A stretch of 64,000 nucleotides of DNA from Macrostomum lignano (Eukaryota). The DNA lies in NCBI GenBank assembly GCA_002269645.1, contig NIVC01002325.1, forward strand, positions 1 to 64,000, in the 5' to 3' direction. The position numbers and the translations under genes were made by a program. This document shows positions 11,365-24,622 of this stretch, piece by piece. Each line of letters starts with the position of its first letter. Position 1 is the first letter of the stretch. The notes below the pieces were generated by a model. That model was not told the DNA's origin. It searched no databases and was given only the letters and a program-made list of their open reading frames with translations.

Positions 11365-14292
11365 CAGGGCTCAGGCTGCCATTGCTGGCACTCAGGCAGG
11401 GAAGCTGGGAAGCTGGGACTGGCAGGGTTCAGGCTGCCACTGCTGGCACTCAGGCAGGGAAGCTGGGACTGGCAGGCTGCCACTGCTGGCACTCAGGCAG
11501 GGAAGCTGGGACTGGCAGGCTGCTACTGCTGGCACTCAGGCAGGGAAGCTGGGACTGGCAGGCTGCCACTGCTGGCACTCAGGCAGGGAAGCTGGGACTG
11601 GCAGGCTGCCACTGCTGGCACTCAGGCAGGGAAGCTGGGACTGGCAGGCTGCTACTGCTGGCACTCAGGCAGTGAAGCTGGGACTGGCAGGCTACCACTG
11701 CTGGCACTCAGGCAGGGAAGCTGGGACTGGCAGGCTGCCATTGCTGACACTCAGGCAGGGAAGCTGGGACTGGCAGGTTCAGGCTGCCACTGCTGGCACT
11801 CAGGCAGGGAAGCTGGGACTGGCAGGCTACCACTGCTGGCACTCAGGCAGGGAAGCTGGGACTGGCAGGCTACCACTGCTGGCACTCAGGCAGGGAAGCT
11901 GGGACTGGCAGGCTACCACTGCTGGCACTCAGGCAGGGAAGCTGGGACTGGCAGGCTACCACTGCTGGCACTCAGGCAGGGAAGCTGGGACTGGCAGGGT
12001 TCAGGCTGCCACTGCTGGCACTCAGGCAGGGAAGCTGGGACTGGCAGGCTCAGGCTGCCACTGCTGGCACTCAGGCAGGGAAGCTGGGACTGGCAGGCTG
12101 CCACTGCTGGCACTCAGGCAGGGAAGCTGGGACTGGCAGGCTACCACTGCTGGCACTCAGGCAGGGAAGCTGGGACTGGCAGGCTACCACTGCTGGCACT
12201 CAGGCAGGGAAGCTGGGACTGGCAGGCTGCCACTGCTGGCACTCAGGCAGGGAAGCTGGGACTGGCAGGCTGCCACTGCTGGCACTCAGGCAGTGAAGCT
12301 GGGACTGGCAGGCTACCACTGCTGGCACTCAGGCAGGGAAGCTGGGACTGGCAGGCTGCCACTGCTGGCACTCAGGCAGGGAAGCTGGGACTGGCAGGCT
12401 GCTACTGCTGGCACTCAGGCAGTGAAGCTGGGACTGGCAGGCTACCACTGCTGGCACTCAGGCAGGGAAGCTGGGACTGGCAGGCTGCCATTGCTGACAC
12501 TCAGGCAGGGAAGCTGGGACTGGCAGGGTTCAGGCTGCCACTGCTGGCACTCAGGCAGGGAAGCTGGGACTGGCAGGCTCAGGCTGCCACTGCTGGCACT
12601 CAGGCAGGGAAGCTGGGACTGGCAGGCTACCACTGCTGGCACTCAGGCAGGGAAGCTGGGACTGGCAGGCTGCCACTGCTGGCACTCAGGCAGGGAAGCT
12701 GGGACTGGCAGGCTGCCACTGCTGGCACTCAGGCAGTGAAGCTGGGACTGGCAGGCTACCACTGCTGGCACTCAGGCAGGGAAGCTGGGACTGGCAGGCT
12801 GCCACTGCTGGCACTCAGGCAGGGAAGCTGGGACTGGCAGGCTACCACTGCTGGCACTCAGGCAGGGAAGCTGGGACTGGCAGGCTACCACTGCTGGCAC
12901 TCAGGCAGGGAAGCTGGGACTGGCAGGCTGCCACTGCTGGCACTCAGGCAGGGAAGCTGGGACTGGCAGGCTACCACTGCTGGCACTCAGGCAGGGAAGC
13001 TGGGACTGGCAGGCTACCACTGCTGGCACTCAGGCAGGGAAGCTGGGACTGGCAGGGTTCAGGCTGCCACTGCTGGCACTCAGGCAGGGAAGCTGGGACT
13101 GGCAGGCTCAGGCTGCCACTGCTGGCACTCAGGCAGGGAAGCTGGGACTGGCAGGCTCAGGCTGCCACTGCTGGCACTCAGGCAGGGAAGCTGGGACTGG
13201 CAGGCTACCACTGCTGGCACTCAGGCAGGGAAGCTGGGACTGGCAGGGTTCAGGCTGCCACTGCTGGCACTCAGGCAGGGAAGCTGGGACTGGCAGGCTC
13301 AGGCTGCCACTGCTGGCACTCAGGCAGGGAAGCTGGGACTGGCAGGCTACCACTGCTGGCACTCAGGCAGGGAAGCTGGGACTGGCAGGGTTCAGGCTGC
13401 CACTGCTGGCACTCAGGCAGGGAAGCTGGGACTGGCAGGCTCAGGCTGCCACTGCTGGCACTCAGGCAGGGAAGCTGGGACTGGCAGGCTACCACTGCTG
13501 GCACTCAGGCAGGGAAGCTGGGACTGGCAGGCTACCACTGCTGGCACTCAGGCAGGGAAGCTGGGACTGGCAGGGTTCAGGCTGCCACTGCTGGCACTCA
13601 GGCAGGGAAGCTGGGACTGGCAGGCTCAGGCTGCCACTGCTGGCACTCAGGCAGGGAAGCTGGGACTGGCAGGCTGCCACTGCTGGCACTCAGGCAGGGA
13701 AGCTGGGACTGGCAGGCTACCACTGCTGGCACTCAGGCAGGGAAGCTGGGACTGGCAGGCTACCACTGCTGGCACTCAGGCAGGGAAGCTGGGACTGGCA
13801 GGCTGCCACTGCTGGCACTCAGGCAGGGAAGCTGGGACTGGCAGGCTACCACTGCTGGCACTCAGGCAGGGAAGCTGGGACTGGCAGGGTTCAGGCTGCC
13901 ACTGCTGGCAATCAGGCAGGGAAGCTGGGACTGGCAGGCTCAGGCTGCCACTGCTGGCACTCAGGCAGGGAAGCTGGGACTGGCAGGCTACCACTGCTGG
14001 CACTCAGGCAGGGAAGCTGGGACTGGCAGGCTACCACTGCTGGCACTCAGGCAGGGAAGCTGGGACTGGCAGGCTCAGGCTGCCACTGCTGGCACTCAGG
14101 CAGGGAAGCTGGGACTGGCAGGCTACCACTGCTGGCACTCAGGCAGGGAAGCTGGGACTGGCAGGCTGCCACTGCTGGCACTCAGGCAGGGAAGCTGGGA
14201 CTGGCAGGCTACCACTGCTGGCACTCAGGCAGGGAAGCTGGGACTGGCAGGCTACCACTGCTGGCACTCAGGCAGGGAAGCTGGGACTGGCC
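11365..14292. repeat. Minisatellite, about 43-bp unit (CAGGCAGGGAAGCTGGGACTGGCAGGCTGCCACTGCTGGCACT) with 6-7 bp insertion variants
   Basis: Direct. The 1000-aa ORF is a repeat translation. Confidence 0.97.
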
Positions 14293-14733
14293 ATAAAAGC
14301 TATGCATACAAGCGCTGGCTGCTGATAAGAACATCTCTGCAATAGCGGAGCAAAATACTGGCAGACACAACGCCGCAAGGTGCTGCAAAACCGGTAGAAA
14401 AAAGGCAGAAAACTGGAGAAGAAGCTTCAATGTAAGACAAAACGTACAAAATAGCTTTCCAGCGATCTGACTAGAAATGAAGGTGCAATAAAATATTTAG
14501 TTAATAGCGAGCTCAGACAAAAATATCGCATGAAGAAATGCTGCAATTAATTTGGGATTGCGCGATCCGGTGTAAGACAATATAAAGCCTTCACACAACA
14601 AAAAAATCGATTGCGAACGCTAACTAGTCTACTAAGAGTAGCGATAACGAACTGAATCGGCGTCAAGCCTGAAGAATGTCTATGCTAACTTTTGTCTATA
14701 AGATTATTTTTAATCCGAAGCGATCGCCGCTAC

Positions 14734-15410
14734 TCAAAACTTCGCCACCGCAGGTCCTCCGTGCTCGGCAACGCAAGCGTAAGGCGGCGGAAGAGACGGC
14801 TGTTGGGCTGATGACTGGCCTGGGTATCCCGTCTGTTGGCCTGGGTATCCCGTCTGCTGACCTGGGTATCCCGTCTGCTGGCCTGGGTATCCCGTCTGTT
14901 GGCCTGGGTATCCCGTCTGTTGGCCTGGGTATCCCGACTGCTGACCTGGGTACCCCATTTGCTGGCCCGGGTACCCTGTCTGCTGACCTGGGTACCCCAT
15001 TTGCTGGCCCGGGTACCCTGTCTGCTGACCTGGGTACCCCATTTGCTGGCCCGGGTACCTGTCTGCTGACCTGGGTACCCATTTGCTGGCCCGGGTACCC
15101 TGTCTGCTGACCTGGGTACCCATTTGCTGGCCCGGGTACCCTGTCTGCTGGCCTGGGTACCCATTTGCTGGCCCGGGTACCCTGTCTGCTGACCTGGGTA
15201 CCCATTTGCTGGCCCGGGTACCCTGTCTGCTGACCTGGGTACCCATTTGCTGGCCCGGGTACCCTGTCTGCTGACCTGGGTACCCATTTGCTGGCCCGGG
15301 ATGGCGTAGATGGCGACGCAGCCAAACACGAGCTGGGCGGTGGCGGTGATCAGCAGGCCGCCGAGCCCGCCGGGCCGCACCCGCCTGGCGTAGTCGGTGA
15401 GCTCCGACAT
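14734..15410 (-). CDS. Atypical MS4A-derived ORF: N-terminus plus TM1, then (YPGQQT/MG)n, then a PPPY tail; frameshifts within the repeat
   Basis: [37 protein letters not shown] resembles paralog N-termini (SELTAYARLVP; RGLLYTGSFQLVFG). The tail is [21 protein letters not shown]. Frame breaks coincide with TACCC versus TACCCC runs. Confidence 0.55.
14810..15300. repeat. 21/42-bp coding-like repeat ([14 protein letters not shown]), about 23 units
   Basis: Direct. Confidence 0.92.
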
Positions 15411-15829
15411 CCGATGTCGGAAAAGACTCAACAGATCCAAAAGACCGAAGAGCAGTCTTCAAAGCGCAGCGCCGGACAGACTCAACTTCGCCGCTATGGG
15501 GTGCTACTCGGGCTTATGAAGATTGCGCAGCAGTGCATCCGCATAGCACAGATAAGACCCGCCAGCTCAGTAGGTAAATTGATTAAAACGTGCCGCCTGA
15601 CCGCCGCAGCAGGCGAGGCCTCGGGGCGAAAGTCGAGCTGATGGCGCTGTCAAGCGAAATTGTCTCGGCAAAATTAACGCTGAGTATGCTTTGCTTCGGA
15701 CACATTGCTCACTACAGTGCGCAATGGTAGACAAAGTACTATTGGACAATCAAACAGCTGCGATTCATTCAACACTCCGTGAAAAACCTCGCCAACACTC
15801 GCCATGCTGAAGTTCGCCATACTGAATCG

Positions 15830-15935
15830 GTCAGAACCTCGCCATGCTGACAAATTATCGGTCAGAACCTCGCCATGCTGACAAATTATCGGTCAGAACC
15901 TCGCTAAGCTGACAAATTATCGGTCAGAACCTCGA
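15830..15935. repeat. 31-bp tandem repeat (CGGTCAGAACCTCGCCATGCTGACAAATTAT), about 3 copies
   Basis: Direct. Confidence 0.85.
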
Positions 15936-16104
15936 CTTTGGAGTCGCTTCCGTCATCTAAAATAAAATGTCAAGCAGAAAAAATGAGAGAAGAATTAAAT
16001 GCAACGGAAAATAAAAAACTAACTAAAAAACTAAGAAATGCATGTTTCAATGATTTTCTATACGAAAAAATTGATACTTTTTGCAAGATTCTGCAGCTTT
16101 GTGG

Positions 16105-16716
16105 GGATCACGAGCTTAGCCACAGTGGAATCACGAGTACAGCAACTGTGGGATCATGAGCTCAACAACTGTGGGATCATGAGTACAGCAACTGTGGGAT
16201 CATGAGCTCAGCAACTGTGGGATCATGAGCTCAGCAATTGTGGGATCATGAGCTCAGCAACTGTGGGATCATGAGCTCAGCAACTGTGGGATCATGAGCT
16301 CAGCAACTGTGGGATCATGAGCTCAGCAACTGTGGGATCATGAGCTCAGCAACTGTGGGATCATGAGCTCAGCAACTGTGGGATCATGAGCTCAGCAACT
16401 GTGGGATCATGAGCTCAGCAACTGTGGGATCATGAGTACAGCAACTGTGGGATCATGAGCTCAGCAACTGTGGGATCATGAGCTCAGCAACTGTGGGATC
16501 ATGAGCTCAGCAATTGTGGGATCATGAGCTCAGCAACTGTGGGATCATGAGCTCAGCAACTGTGGGATCATGAGCTCAGCAACTGTGGGATCATGAGCTC
16601 AGCAACTGTGGGATCATGAGTACAGCAACTGTGGGATCATGAGCTCAGCAATTGTGGGATCATGAGCTCAGCAACTGTGGGATCATGAGTACAGCAACTG
16701 TGGGATCATGAGCTCA
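16105..16716. repeat. Minisatellite, 23-bp unit (GGGATCATGAGCTCAGCAACTGT)
   Basis: Direct. Confidence 0.96.
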
Positions 16717-17444
16717 TGGGCTTCGGCCTTCACGACCGGCCGCCACTGCCTATAGGCGCTTCGTAGCTCAAATATAATTTATACAAATCGAAGGTCACTG
16801 TACTGAGCTGGTCACTGATGTCAATGACGTCAAAAAATTCAATGCTCTAAATTTTCATTACAATATCCTTGTAATCTCACAACCTGTACTTCACTTTCCA
16901 GCTGGGTTCATGGAACGGAATCACGAGTACTTTACGATTATCGCAGCAGCCTTAATAGCTACCAGTGCAATGAAACGCTCTTAGCAGCTTTCGCCGCTGC
17001 TCAGCTAAGCCGGGTCTCAGCTACAAATCATTTCCTTTTAGGTGTGGTTAAAAACTTTCGTACTGCCCCTGTCCTCCAGCATTAGCACAGTTTTTACCAC
17101 CATAGTTGCCACATTTACAGGGAACTTTTCAAAGGAAGGACACTGCTGCACTCGCTATGCACAGGAAGGAGAACCTTGATTTCTATGGAATGACCGGTGT
17201 TGTAGGTTATTTTTGCAACTTCACTCGCAAGTTCAAGTAGAACCGTGAAAAGATTACAAAGTGAACAGTTAATACAATTAAGTTAAGGCCAATTTGTCTT
17301 GCTTTAAATGCACTATAAAAATTACTATTGAAATGTCAATGCTTGGAGTAGACCTAGCTGTAAGTAAGCCATTTGCCTGTCAGGCGCGCGGGCAAGTGGC
17401 TTTAATCATATAATGACAGAAGGAAATTTGCACAGGCACCACCT

Positions 17445-18350
17445 TAGCAGATACACTTGAAGCCGGCAGGATCAAACAACCGACGTCGCAAGACACTCAA
17501 CACCTGAGCGGATACTCTTGAAGCCGGCAGGATCAAACAACCGACGTCGCAAGACACTCAACACCTTAGCAGATACACTTGAAGCCGGCAGGATCAAACA
17601 ACCGACGTCGCAAGACACTCAACACCTTAGCAGATACACTTGAAGCCGGCAGGATCAAACAACCGACGTCGCAAGACACTCAACACCTGAGCGGATACAC
17701 TTGAAGCCGGCAGGATCAAACAACCGACGTCGCAAGACACTCAACACCTGAGCGGATACACTTGAAGCCGGCAGGATCAAACAACCGACGTCGCAAGACA
17801 CTCAACACCTGAGCGGATACACTTGAAGCCGGCAGGATCAAACAGCCTACGTCGCAAGACACTCAACACCTGAGCGGGTACACTGGAAACCGGCAGGATC
17901 AAACAACCGACGTCGCAAGACACTCAACACCTGAGCGGATACACTTGAAGCCGGCAGGATCAAACAACCGACGTCGCAAGACACTCAACACCTTAGCAGA
18001 TACACTTGAAGCCGGCAGGATCAAACAACCGACGTCGCAAGACACTCAACACCTTAGCAGATACACTTGAAGCCGGCAGGATCAAACAACCGACGTCGCA
18101 AGACACTCAACACCTGAGCGGATACACTTGAAGCCGGCAGGATCAAACAACCGACGTCGCAAGACACTCAACACCTGAGCGGATACACTTGAAGCCGGCA
18201 GGATCAAACAACCGACGTCGCAAGACACTCAACACCTGAGCGGATACACTTGAAGCCGGCAGGATCAAACAGCCTACGTCGCAAGACACTCAACACCTGA
18301 GCGGGTACACTGGAAACCGGAAGAATCACACAACCGACGTCGCAAGACAC
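17445..18350. repeat. Minisatellite, 61-bp unit, about 15 copies
   Basis: Direct (ACACTTGAAGCCGGCAGGATCAAACAACCGACGTCGCAAGACACTCAACACCTGAGCGGAT). Confidence 0.96.
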
Positions 18351-18767
18351 TTCACCACTCCAGTGGTCACAAGACATTAAGGCTTTTTGGTCTTTGCTTT
18401 AGCCAATAGAATTTACTAATCAACGGGATATTCTGGTATCTATTTTCTCCGTTTAACAGCTGCTTAGATTTGACTTTGGACTTACTTACTGCTCACTTGT
18501 GTACTTAAGCTTGACTTTGGAAAAAAAGCAAAATCGAAAGCAATCAGATTGAATGTGGCACAGTGTACTCAGTTGCAGACAAAGCACAAGTAAGCATAAG
18601 TAAGCATAAGCATTAAGTAAGCATTAAGTAAGCATAAATAAGCATATAAAAGCACAGAGTCGTTAAGCTCAAACGGGAACCGACTGAATGCCATTGCCGG
18701 AGACTCAGCCATAATACTGAGGGCGATGCTCTACATAAAAACTGAGGCAGATTCGGGCAAGAGGAAA

Positions 18768-19585
18768 TCAATGATGGGCGCTCAGTGCTGGGCCGGCCAG
18801 CGCCTCCTCGTAGGTCGGCGGCGATGGCACGTTGACCTTCCAGCTGGCTGCGGCCCAGCCAGGGTAGGCAGGCGGAGCGCGGCCCGACTCCGCCGTGACG
18901 GCGAGCTCCGACATCGCCTGGGCGCCACCGTTCGGGGCCACGGCGGAGCTGGCAGGGCAGCAGGCGTAGCGGCCGGCCAAGGCGGTCTGCAATTTAAAGT
19001 GCATCAAATCATTTAAACTTGCTACTAACAGTAACGTGTAGCTGTTACCGCCAGACACTGGGGCAGGGGAATCCCCTGGAAAGGTAGGCAGCTCTACTAT
19101 TTATAAAGTAGTGAATTCTGACAACTGATAAGAGCATGGCTCACCTGCATGACAGCCACGCACAGCTCAAGCAGGAACAGCACAACGCGCAGCCCATCGG
19201 AAACACTGAAGTCGGAGTCGGTGCCTCCTCGAGCAAAAGTCAGGCCAAGGAGGGCGATGGCGAGGGTGCCGAGGCAGGCAGCCAGGACGCTGAGGATGGC
19301 GCTGGTGACCATGTAGAAGTAGCTGCTGATGCGGCCCCTGCCAGCGGCCAGCCCTGCGGCCCCAGCAGAGATGGACACCGAGCCCGATATGAAGCCGCAC
19401 AAGACTTCGGAACTGAGCTGGCCGCAGCTCCGGAGGGCGTGGAAGGACGCGCAGACGGTGAAGAAGCCGAAGACCAACTGGAAGCTGCCGGTGTACAGCA
19501 GGCCTCTGAGCGCCCAGGTGGGCACCCGCTTGGCAAAGCTGGACAGCGACTGGACGCTGGAGGGCGACTGCGACGATCTGATCAT
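18768..19585 (-). CDS. MS4A/CD20-like 4-TM protein, two coding exons (19585-19145; 18986-18768)
   Basis: Donor CAG|GTGAGC and acceptor TTGCAG|ACC, phase 0, give ...LELCVAVMQ|TALAGRYACC...PSPPTYEEALAGPALSAHH*. This matches the paralog motif VAIVQAAFACRASCC. Confidence 0.85.
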
Positions 19586-19875
19586 TTCTGCAAGTGGTGG
19601 CTGAAAACAACTGGGCTGAGCGCAAGAAAGCTGGGCGGCAGACGGGCGAGACGACTGGTAGTCGTCGGAGAAGCCGCAGCTTCTTATAGAGAACGGGCAT
19701 GCGGCAGCGGGCCGGCAGGGAAGAAGACTTTGACCCCGTTGCTAAATACACGAGCGAAATACTCGTGCCACTCGGGCGCCAATCCACCTGATAGCGCTGC
19801 CCCATTGGAGAAACATGCGCTATGAAAAAGTCGAGCTGTGCTTTTTTGAGCACGCGTTCACCGTCTGTCTGTATG

Positions 19876-20035
19876 CACGCGCTTGGCGTCTGATGCGTGC
19901 GCTTGGTGTCTGGTGCGTGCGCTTGGTGTCTGATGCGTGCGCTTGGCGTCTGATGCGTGCGCTTGGCGTCTGATGCGTGCGCTTGGCGTCTGATGCGTGC
20001 GCTTGGGGTCTGGTGCGTGCGCTTGGCGTCTGATG
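19876..20035. repeat. 20-bp tandem repeat (GCGTCTGATGCGTGCGCTTG)
   Basis: Direct. Confidence 0.9.
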
Positions 20036-20447
20036 CAACATGTTAGATAACTGATGCATAAGCTTGAAATCTGATGCAACATGTTAGATAACTGATGCAA
20101 AAGCTTGAAATCTGATGCAACATGTTAGATAACTGATGCATAAGCTTGAAATCTGATGCAACATGTTAGATAACTGATGCAAAAGCTTGAAATCTGATGC
20201 AACATGTTAGATAACTGATGCATAAGCTTGAAATCTGATGCAACATGTTAGATAACTGATGCAAAAGCTTGAAATCTGATGCAACATGTTAGATAACTGA
20301 TGCAAAAGCTTGAAATCTGATGCAACATGTTAGATAACTGATGCAAAAGCTTGAAATCTGATGCAACATGTTAGATAACTGATGCATAAGCTTGAAATCT
20401 GATGCAACATGTTAGATAACTGATGCAAAAGCTTGAAATATGATGCA
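20030..20447. repeat. 41-bp tandem repeat (TGATGCAACATGTTAGATAACTGATGCAAAAGCTTGAAATC), about 10 copies
   Basis: Direct. Confidence 0.95.
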
Positions 20448-20811
20448 CGCGGTAGCGATAAATTTGGCCTAACGATCTTAAAATGAACAAGCGCAATTAC
20501 TGTTTACTACGACCGTAGTTTTCACTTTCAACTGCTAATCTGTGCGGACACTGGACCACAGGATGAGCAATCTTCCATTGGGTTAAAAAAACAATTCTTA
20601 CCAGGTGAAAACTTTAACATAAATCCGGGAGTTCACCTGAATTATTTCCAGCTCGACTCGAAGTTGCTGGCTACGGTGGAGAATCAGGTAACCACGGTAA
20701 AAACTCGGGCCAGTACACGTCACCGATGGTTGAGCTGTCAGGTCTTCCAGCTGCCGCCTTCATCGCTGGAATACAAACAAAGCGACTTGTGCGCAGGTTG
20801 AACGTTCGTAG

Positions 20812-21640
20812 GCCATCCCGAACTCCTAATCTCTCCAACCAGGCCATCCCGAACTCCTAATCTCTCCAACCAGGCCATCCCGAACTCCTAATCTCTCCAA
20901 CCAGGCCATCCCGAACTCCTAATCTCTCCAACCAGGCCATCCCGAACTCCTAATCTCTCCAACCAGGCCATCCCGAACTCCTAATCTCTCCAACCAGGCC
21001 ATCCCGAACTCCTAATCTCTCCAACCAGGCCATCCCGAACTCCTAATCTCTCCAACCAGGCCATCCCGAACTCCTAATCTCTCCAACCAGGCCATCCCGA
21101 ACTCCTAATCTCTCCAACCAGGCCATCCCGAACTCCTAATCTCTCCAACCAGGCCATCCCGAACTCCTAATCTCTCCAACCAGGCCATCCCGAACTCCTA
21201 ATCTCTCCAACCAGGCCATCCCGAACTCCTAATCTCTCCAACCAGGCCATCTCAAACTCCTAATCTATCCTGCAAGACTACCTCAAACTCCTAATCTCTC
21301 CTGCAAGACCATCTCAAACTCCTAATCTCTCCTGCAAGACCATCTCAAACTCCTAATCTCTCCTGCACGACCATCTCGAACTCCTAATCTATCCTGCACG
21401 ACCATCTCAAACTCCTAATCTATCCTGCACGACCATCTCAAACTCCTAATCTCTCCTGCAAGACTATCTCAAACTCCTAATATCTCCTGCAAGACCCTCT
21501 CGAACTCCTAATCTCTCCTGCAAGACCCTCTCAAACTCCTAATCTATCCTGCAAGACCATCTCAAACTCCTAATCTATCCTGCAAGACCCTCTCAAACTC
21601 CTAATCTATCCTGCAAGACCATCTCAAACTCCTAATCTCA
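20812..21640. repeat. 31-bp minisatellite with two sequence domains (switch at about 21250)
   Basis: GGCCATCCCGAACTCCTAATCTCTCCAACCA, then GACCATCTCAAACTCCTAATCTCTCCTGCAA. Confidence 0.95.
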
Positions 21641-22117
21641 TCAAATGAAAAATCGAAAGCTCCCAACATACTGGAGTGCCAACAAGAGCGGTCGCACACT
21701 CGGGAGTGTGTACTTGTGGCAAAAGATCTGACAAGCAACCAGAATTTCATGACTCAGCATGACTCAGCAGAGTATCTGATTACTCAACGGTGTATCTGAT
21801 GGCTCAAAAAGGTTTGGTGGCTCTATAACAGAAGACAGCAGAAGCCCCGCAAGATTTATAAAAGCTATACCTAGCAAATCAACAAATCTATCAAAAGCTG
21901 GCAATGCGGAGGAAAGGAGTGTTTTGCTAACAAAAGGCACGGAGTAGAAAATTGAAAGCCTTAAAAAGTTTCGGTGATGGTGCGGGAACAAACATAAACA
22001 TATATAGTCTACTTCATTACAATTATCAAAGGCTCTTCAATCAAAAAATCTGCGCGTACAAAAAGAAAAATGCCAAAAACATCAGCGAATTCAACTGCAC
22101 TGAAAATGTTTGATAAA

Positions 22118-22578
22118 TCAGGGCAGTCCAAGCCGGAGCTCCGCTCTCTGCTCCGAGCTGCTCAGGGCCGACGCGGCCTGCAGGCCAGCGGCCGGCAGCT
22201 CGGCGAGGTGCAGCAGCAGCAGGAGGACATCGGCGGGTTGGCGGCCGCAGCCAGCCGCGGTGGCCGCAGAGCTCGCGGCGATGGCGCAGGCGGAGGCGCA
22301 GAGAGCGCCGGCGCTAAGCGCGGCGCAGGCGAATCGAGCGGCGCAGCGCCCGCCGCCCGCAGCCCCACCGCCCCAGCAGTGATGAAGAGCGGGCCGGTCC
22401 AGATTCCGAAGCCCGGGCGAATGCCGGCCAGCAGGCAGACGGCAGTCACGAAGGCGACCTGGCAGCCAAGGCTGATCTGGGAGACCCCGGCAATCACGTG
22501 ACCTGCACCCGGCGCCCGACTGACGGGGGGTTCTTCGCCGCTGAGAATGACGTCACTGCCCGCTGCGGCCGCCTTCAT
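22118..22578 (-). CDS. MS4A/CD20-like 4-TM protein, one apparent frameshift near 22350
   Basis: MKAAAAG...GHVIAGVSQISLGC...GFGIWTGPLFITAGAVGL, then after a frame change GGRCAARFACAALSAGALCASACAIAA...DVLLLLLHLAELPAAGLQAA...LGLP*. Acceptor TTCAG lies 6 nt before the ATG. Confidence 0.7.
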
Positions 22579-22659
22579 GCGGGACTGAAGTGAATGCGGC
22601 AATGCCGATCAGCGCCTGCCTGCTCCCAGTAAAATTCCCCAGTAAAGTTTCATAGCAGG

Positions 22660-23480
22660 TTCCTCACCAGATTCCCCACCAGATTCCCTGCTAGATTCCC
22701 CACCAGATTCCCTGCTAGATACCCCACCAGATTCCCTGCTAGATACCCCACCAGATTCCACACCAGATTCCCTGCTAGATTCCCCAACAGATTCCCTGCT
22801 AGATTCCCCAACAGATTCCCTGCTAGATTCCCCAACAGATTCCCTGCTATATTCACCGTCAGATTCCCCGATAGATTTCCCAACAGATTCCCTGCTAGAT
22901 TCCCCACCAGATTCCCTGCTAGATTCCCCAACAGATTCCCTGCTAGATACCCCACCAGATTCCACACCAGATTCCCTGCTAGATTCCCCAACAGATTCCC
23001 TGCTAGATTCCCCAACAGATTCCCTGCTATATTCACCGTCAGATTCCCCGATAGATTTCCCAACAGATTCCCTGCTAGATTCCCCACCAGATTCCCTGCT
23101 AGATTCCCCAACAGATTCCCTGCTAGATACCCCACCAGATTCCACACCAGATTCCCTGCTAGATTCCCCAACAGATTCCCTGCTAGATACCCTACCAGAT
23201 TCCACACCAGATTCCCTGCTAGATACCCCACCAGATTCCACACCAGATTCCCTGCTAGATTCCCCACCAAATTCCCAAATAGATTCCCACAGAGATTCCC
23301 ACCAGATTTCCTGCTGGATTTCCAACTAGATAACCTCAATAGATTCCCTGCTATATTCCCCGTCAGATTCCCCGATAGATTTCCCACTAGTTTCCCCCTA
23401 GATTCCCCATTAGATACCCACTAGATTCTCTATTAGATTCCCCATTAGATACCCACTAGATTCTCTATTAGATTCCCCAC
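22660..23480. repeat. Minisatellite of 12-bp AGATTCCC-core subunits with higher-order blocks
   Basis: Direct. Confidence 0.93.
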
Positions 23481-23977
23481 TAGACTCCGTAAATGATTGA
23501 AAATAAGAGACAGAGCAAAGCCTACTCAAGCTAATGATTAAAACAATTTATAAATATTGATGTGTTACAGCACACACTCGAGCGGCACAGCAAATTGAAG
23601 TTTTTATGAAGTCATTGGTAAGTGATGGAAGTTAATAAAAGCACGAAGTTTATAAGCTGATATTGATATTGATAAACTTGATTATGAATTTTTTTTGCGT
23701 TTCAAATAATGCGTTTCAAAAACAACCTTTTCCTGAGACTTCATTGAATGTAAAGAAAGCAAAAAAGCTCAAAGCAATTCATTGTTGGCCAAAACAGCAG
23801 CTTAAATAAATACGATTTAACAGACTAATAAAAATCATTGTCTACGCAAACAGAGCCCTGAGATTTTTAGCACCGACTCGCTACTCAATAAAAACAGAAC
23901 TATAAATTCAAAATTAGTGTAATGAATTTTTTATAATGACACTACAAGCTTAAAATTGAAAAAAAATTCGCTTCAGA

Positions 23978-24460
23978 TTCAGTGATTCAGAATGCGATAG
24001 CGCTTCAGATTCAGAGATTCAGAATGCAGTAGCGCTTCAGTTTCAGAGATTCAGAATGCGGTAGCGCTTCAGATTCAGAGATTCAGAATGCGGTAGCGCT
24101 TCAGATTCAGAGATTCAGAATGCGGTAGCGCTTCAGTTTCAGTGATTCAGAATGCGATAGCGCTTCAGATTCAGAGATTCAGAATGCAGTAGCGCTTCAG
24201 TTTCAGAGATTCAGAATGCGGTAGCGCTTCAGATTCAGAGATTCAGAATGCGGTAGCGCTTCAGATTCAGAGATTCAGAATGCGGTAGCGCTTCAGATTC
24301 AGAGATTCAGAATGCGGTAGTGCTTCAGATTCAGAGATTCAGAATGCGGTAGCGCTTCAGTTTCAGAGATTCAGAATGCGGTAGCGCTTCAGTTTCAGTG
24401 ATTCAGAATGCGGTAGCGCTTCAGATTCAGAGATTCAGAATGCGGTAGCGCTTCAGATTC
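23978..24460. repeat. 32-bp minisatellite (GCGCTTCAGATTCAGAGATTCAGAATGCGGTA), about 15 copies
   Basis: Direct. Confidence 0.95.
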
Positions 24461-24622
24461 AAAAACTCAAAAAATGTTTTAAAAAAGCAATAAAGCAGTT
24501 CAGCTTGAGCACACCGATCCACTCAATCCAGCAGTGCAACTGAGTCACTGGAAGCAGAAAGTGCCTCAATTTCCATCTCCAGTTCCAGCTGAAGAAGTTC
24601 GGCGTTGCGCAGCGGCCGCCGC

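Noticed and set aside
11323-14325. 1000-aa ORF
   Set aside because: Translation of the 43-bp minisatellite; no non-repetitive domain.
17445-18350. CRISPR-like repeat-spacer periodicity (61 bp)
   Set aside because: The whole unit is repeated near-identically, with no variable spacer.
20730-20790. Asp-box/BNR motif (YSSDEGGSWK) on the minus strand
   Set aside because: A single short match immediately followed by a stop, and it straddles a likely splice acceptor; probably chance.
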